Below, piece after piece: positions 62,357 to 64,000 of a stretch of 64,000 bases of DNA (position 1 is its first letter; each line of letters opens with the position of its first letter). The stretch covers positions 7,688,001-7,752,000 of the forward strand of contig CM120649.1 in the NCBI GenBank assembly GCA_051362555.1, in the 5' to 3' direction. The stretch comes from Lingula anatina. Taxonomy: Eukaryota > Animalia > Brachiopoda. Under the pieces are notes generated by a model. The model was not told the DNA's origin, ran no database searches, and saw nothing but the letters and a program-made list of their open reading frames with translations. A program made the position numbers and the translations under genes.

Positions 62357-64000
62357 TCAGTAGCAAATAAATATATAATCTTACATTTTTACATTTTTTG
62401 ACTTATGAATCGCACACAAACACCCACACACACACACACACACACACATTTACATACTTTCTCTCTCAGTAAAAAAAAAAAGGTTGTACAGTTACAGTAT
62501 TGCATAAACGGGTAGAGATTGACAGTTCATGTTGTTAACATTACAATTGAATTCTAAGAGATATATATCATCAGCTGGTTGCTTGTCAATTAAGTTGTAA
62601 TATGCGATCAATATTTTCCCATTTTCTTTTAACATGTTGTTGTTTTTGGTCGGTATACATATATAAAGAATATAAACAAATATTTCTGTAATAATTAACG
62701 TATTGTCTGGTTCCTTCCCATGTTGGGATTTCTGTTTTCGTTCTACATAAACTAATATATTTTTTAATTATTAAGATAAGTAGATAAAAACCTTTTATGT
62801 CATATGATTGCACAAGCCCGAGTATAAAAATCTCGGGAGATCTATCAATTACAATGCCTAAATTTTCTTTTACGGAACAAATGACACACGTCCAAACATT
62901 CTGTACATGAGGGCAATCCCAGAACGCGTGAAGAATAGTTTCTCTGGCAGCATTACAAAATTCACACTGTTCTGATTCTTTTTTAGAAATTTTCATAAGA
63001 TAAACATTTGTACTAAATATTCTGTGATTTATTCTAAATTGAAGTGTCTGCAGTTTCGTGTCATCTGTTTCTTGGAAGGGGGATCTAAATATTAGTTGCC
63101 AATCGTCATTATTTAAGGATTTTTTAATATTTTCGTGCCATTTACTTTTACTTTTGTTGGGTGATATAGTGTGGCCTTGGAGGAATTTTCTATAGAAGTA
63201 TCTGGATGGTTTGGTAACTTTTTTAATCGAGTCAATTATTTCGTGGAACACGGTTTGTAATTTTCTTCCATTAGTGGAGATAGTTTTACGCCATTCAGCT
63301 GGTATGCTCTTTTGAATACTCAAGTATTCCAGAAAGTTTGCGTTTAGGTTGAATTTTTCGTTGAGTTCCTCTAGAGAGAGGAAATTTCCAACATTATTTA
63401 TAATATCATTAATGTAGAAAATACCATTTTTGCACCATCTTTTATGGAAGATAGTTTTTTCATTTGTTTTAATTTTTGAGTTTTTCCATAGTGGTTGTGA
63501 TAAGATTTCTTCTGGGGTTATACTGGGGTTTTCCTGAATTTCACTCAAAGAATCAATAACATTTTGCCAAAAGGGGTTATTCGTTGCTTGTAGCGTTTTT
63601 AATCCACCTTTGGTCAAGGTCCATATTTTATTACCCCCGATTTCAGACAGTTCACTGAGAAAGAGCGCTTTCCACTTGCTTTTGTTTTCTTCGTCCAAAA
63701 GTCTTTTTAGCCATGAAAGTTTTAGTGCCTTAGTAAAAAGTTTTATTTGTGGTACCTTAAGCCCTCCATTTTCGTAATCAGACACCATTGTTGCTCGTTT
63801 TATTTTGTCTCTTTTCCCATTCCAGACAAAGTTAAATATGATTGTATCTATAGTTTTAAAGATATGGTCTGAGGGGTTTGGCAGGGCAGTTAGTATATGC
63901 ACCAAGATAGGAAATATCAAAGTTTTAACCACTGTTACCTTTCCTATTATTGAAAGATTTCTCAAGGACCAAACTTCAACGATATTTTTTATTTTTTCAA
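62306..64000 (-). mobile_element. 3' end of an L1/Tx1-like non-LTR retrotransposon in a VWA8 intron
   Basis: ORF2 C-terminus (LSIIGKVTVVKTL, NFVWNGK, GGLKVP, CEFC..ETILHAFWDC zinc finger) open to the window end, stop at 62586; 3' UTR and a poly-A tail of about 49 nt (poly-T on + at 62306-62354). Confidence 0.92.

Noticed and set aside
1-64000. tRNA, rRNA or prokaryotic operon features
   Set aside because: None recognised; the only tRNA-related sequence is the retrotransposon PBS.

Overview
AT-rich, intron-containing animal DNA; the repeat content looks like a marine invertebrate (mollusc-like), but the species cannot be determined from sequence alone. In order, the window holds: (1) the last exon of a CHST11-family carbohydrate sulfotransferase; (2) a tandem segmental duplication carrying two minus-strand NLR-like genes. 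In each, a DZIP3-type HEPN exon with an intact RxxxxH motif splices in frame to an NB-ARC/STAND NTPase and an array of near-identical 126-bp/42-aa TPR repeats (20 repeats in copy 1; 10 plus a frameshifted 11th in copy 2). Repeat variation concentrates at four positions (7/10/14/17) on one helix face; (3) several DNA transposons and MITEs, including a THAP/SAP element with 21-bp TIRs and a Helentron/DINE-like element carrying a 161-bp satellite; (4) a young full-length Gypsy LTR retrotransposon with identical 344-bp LTRs, a ComEA-like helix-hairpin-helix at the Gag N-terminus, and two extra 3' ORFs that appear to be made by splicing; (5) the 3' half of dlg1 (minus) abutting head-to-head a 5'-less, lesion-bearing VWA8 (plus), which implies a rearrangement or assembly breakpoint near 51.4-52.4 kb; (6) the 3' end of an L1/Tx1-like LINE. 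The best candidate for an undescribed system is the HEPN-STAND-hypervariable TPR receptor pair. All domain calls are from motif recognition by eye; no database searches were run.
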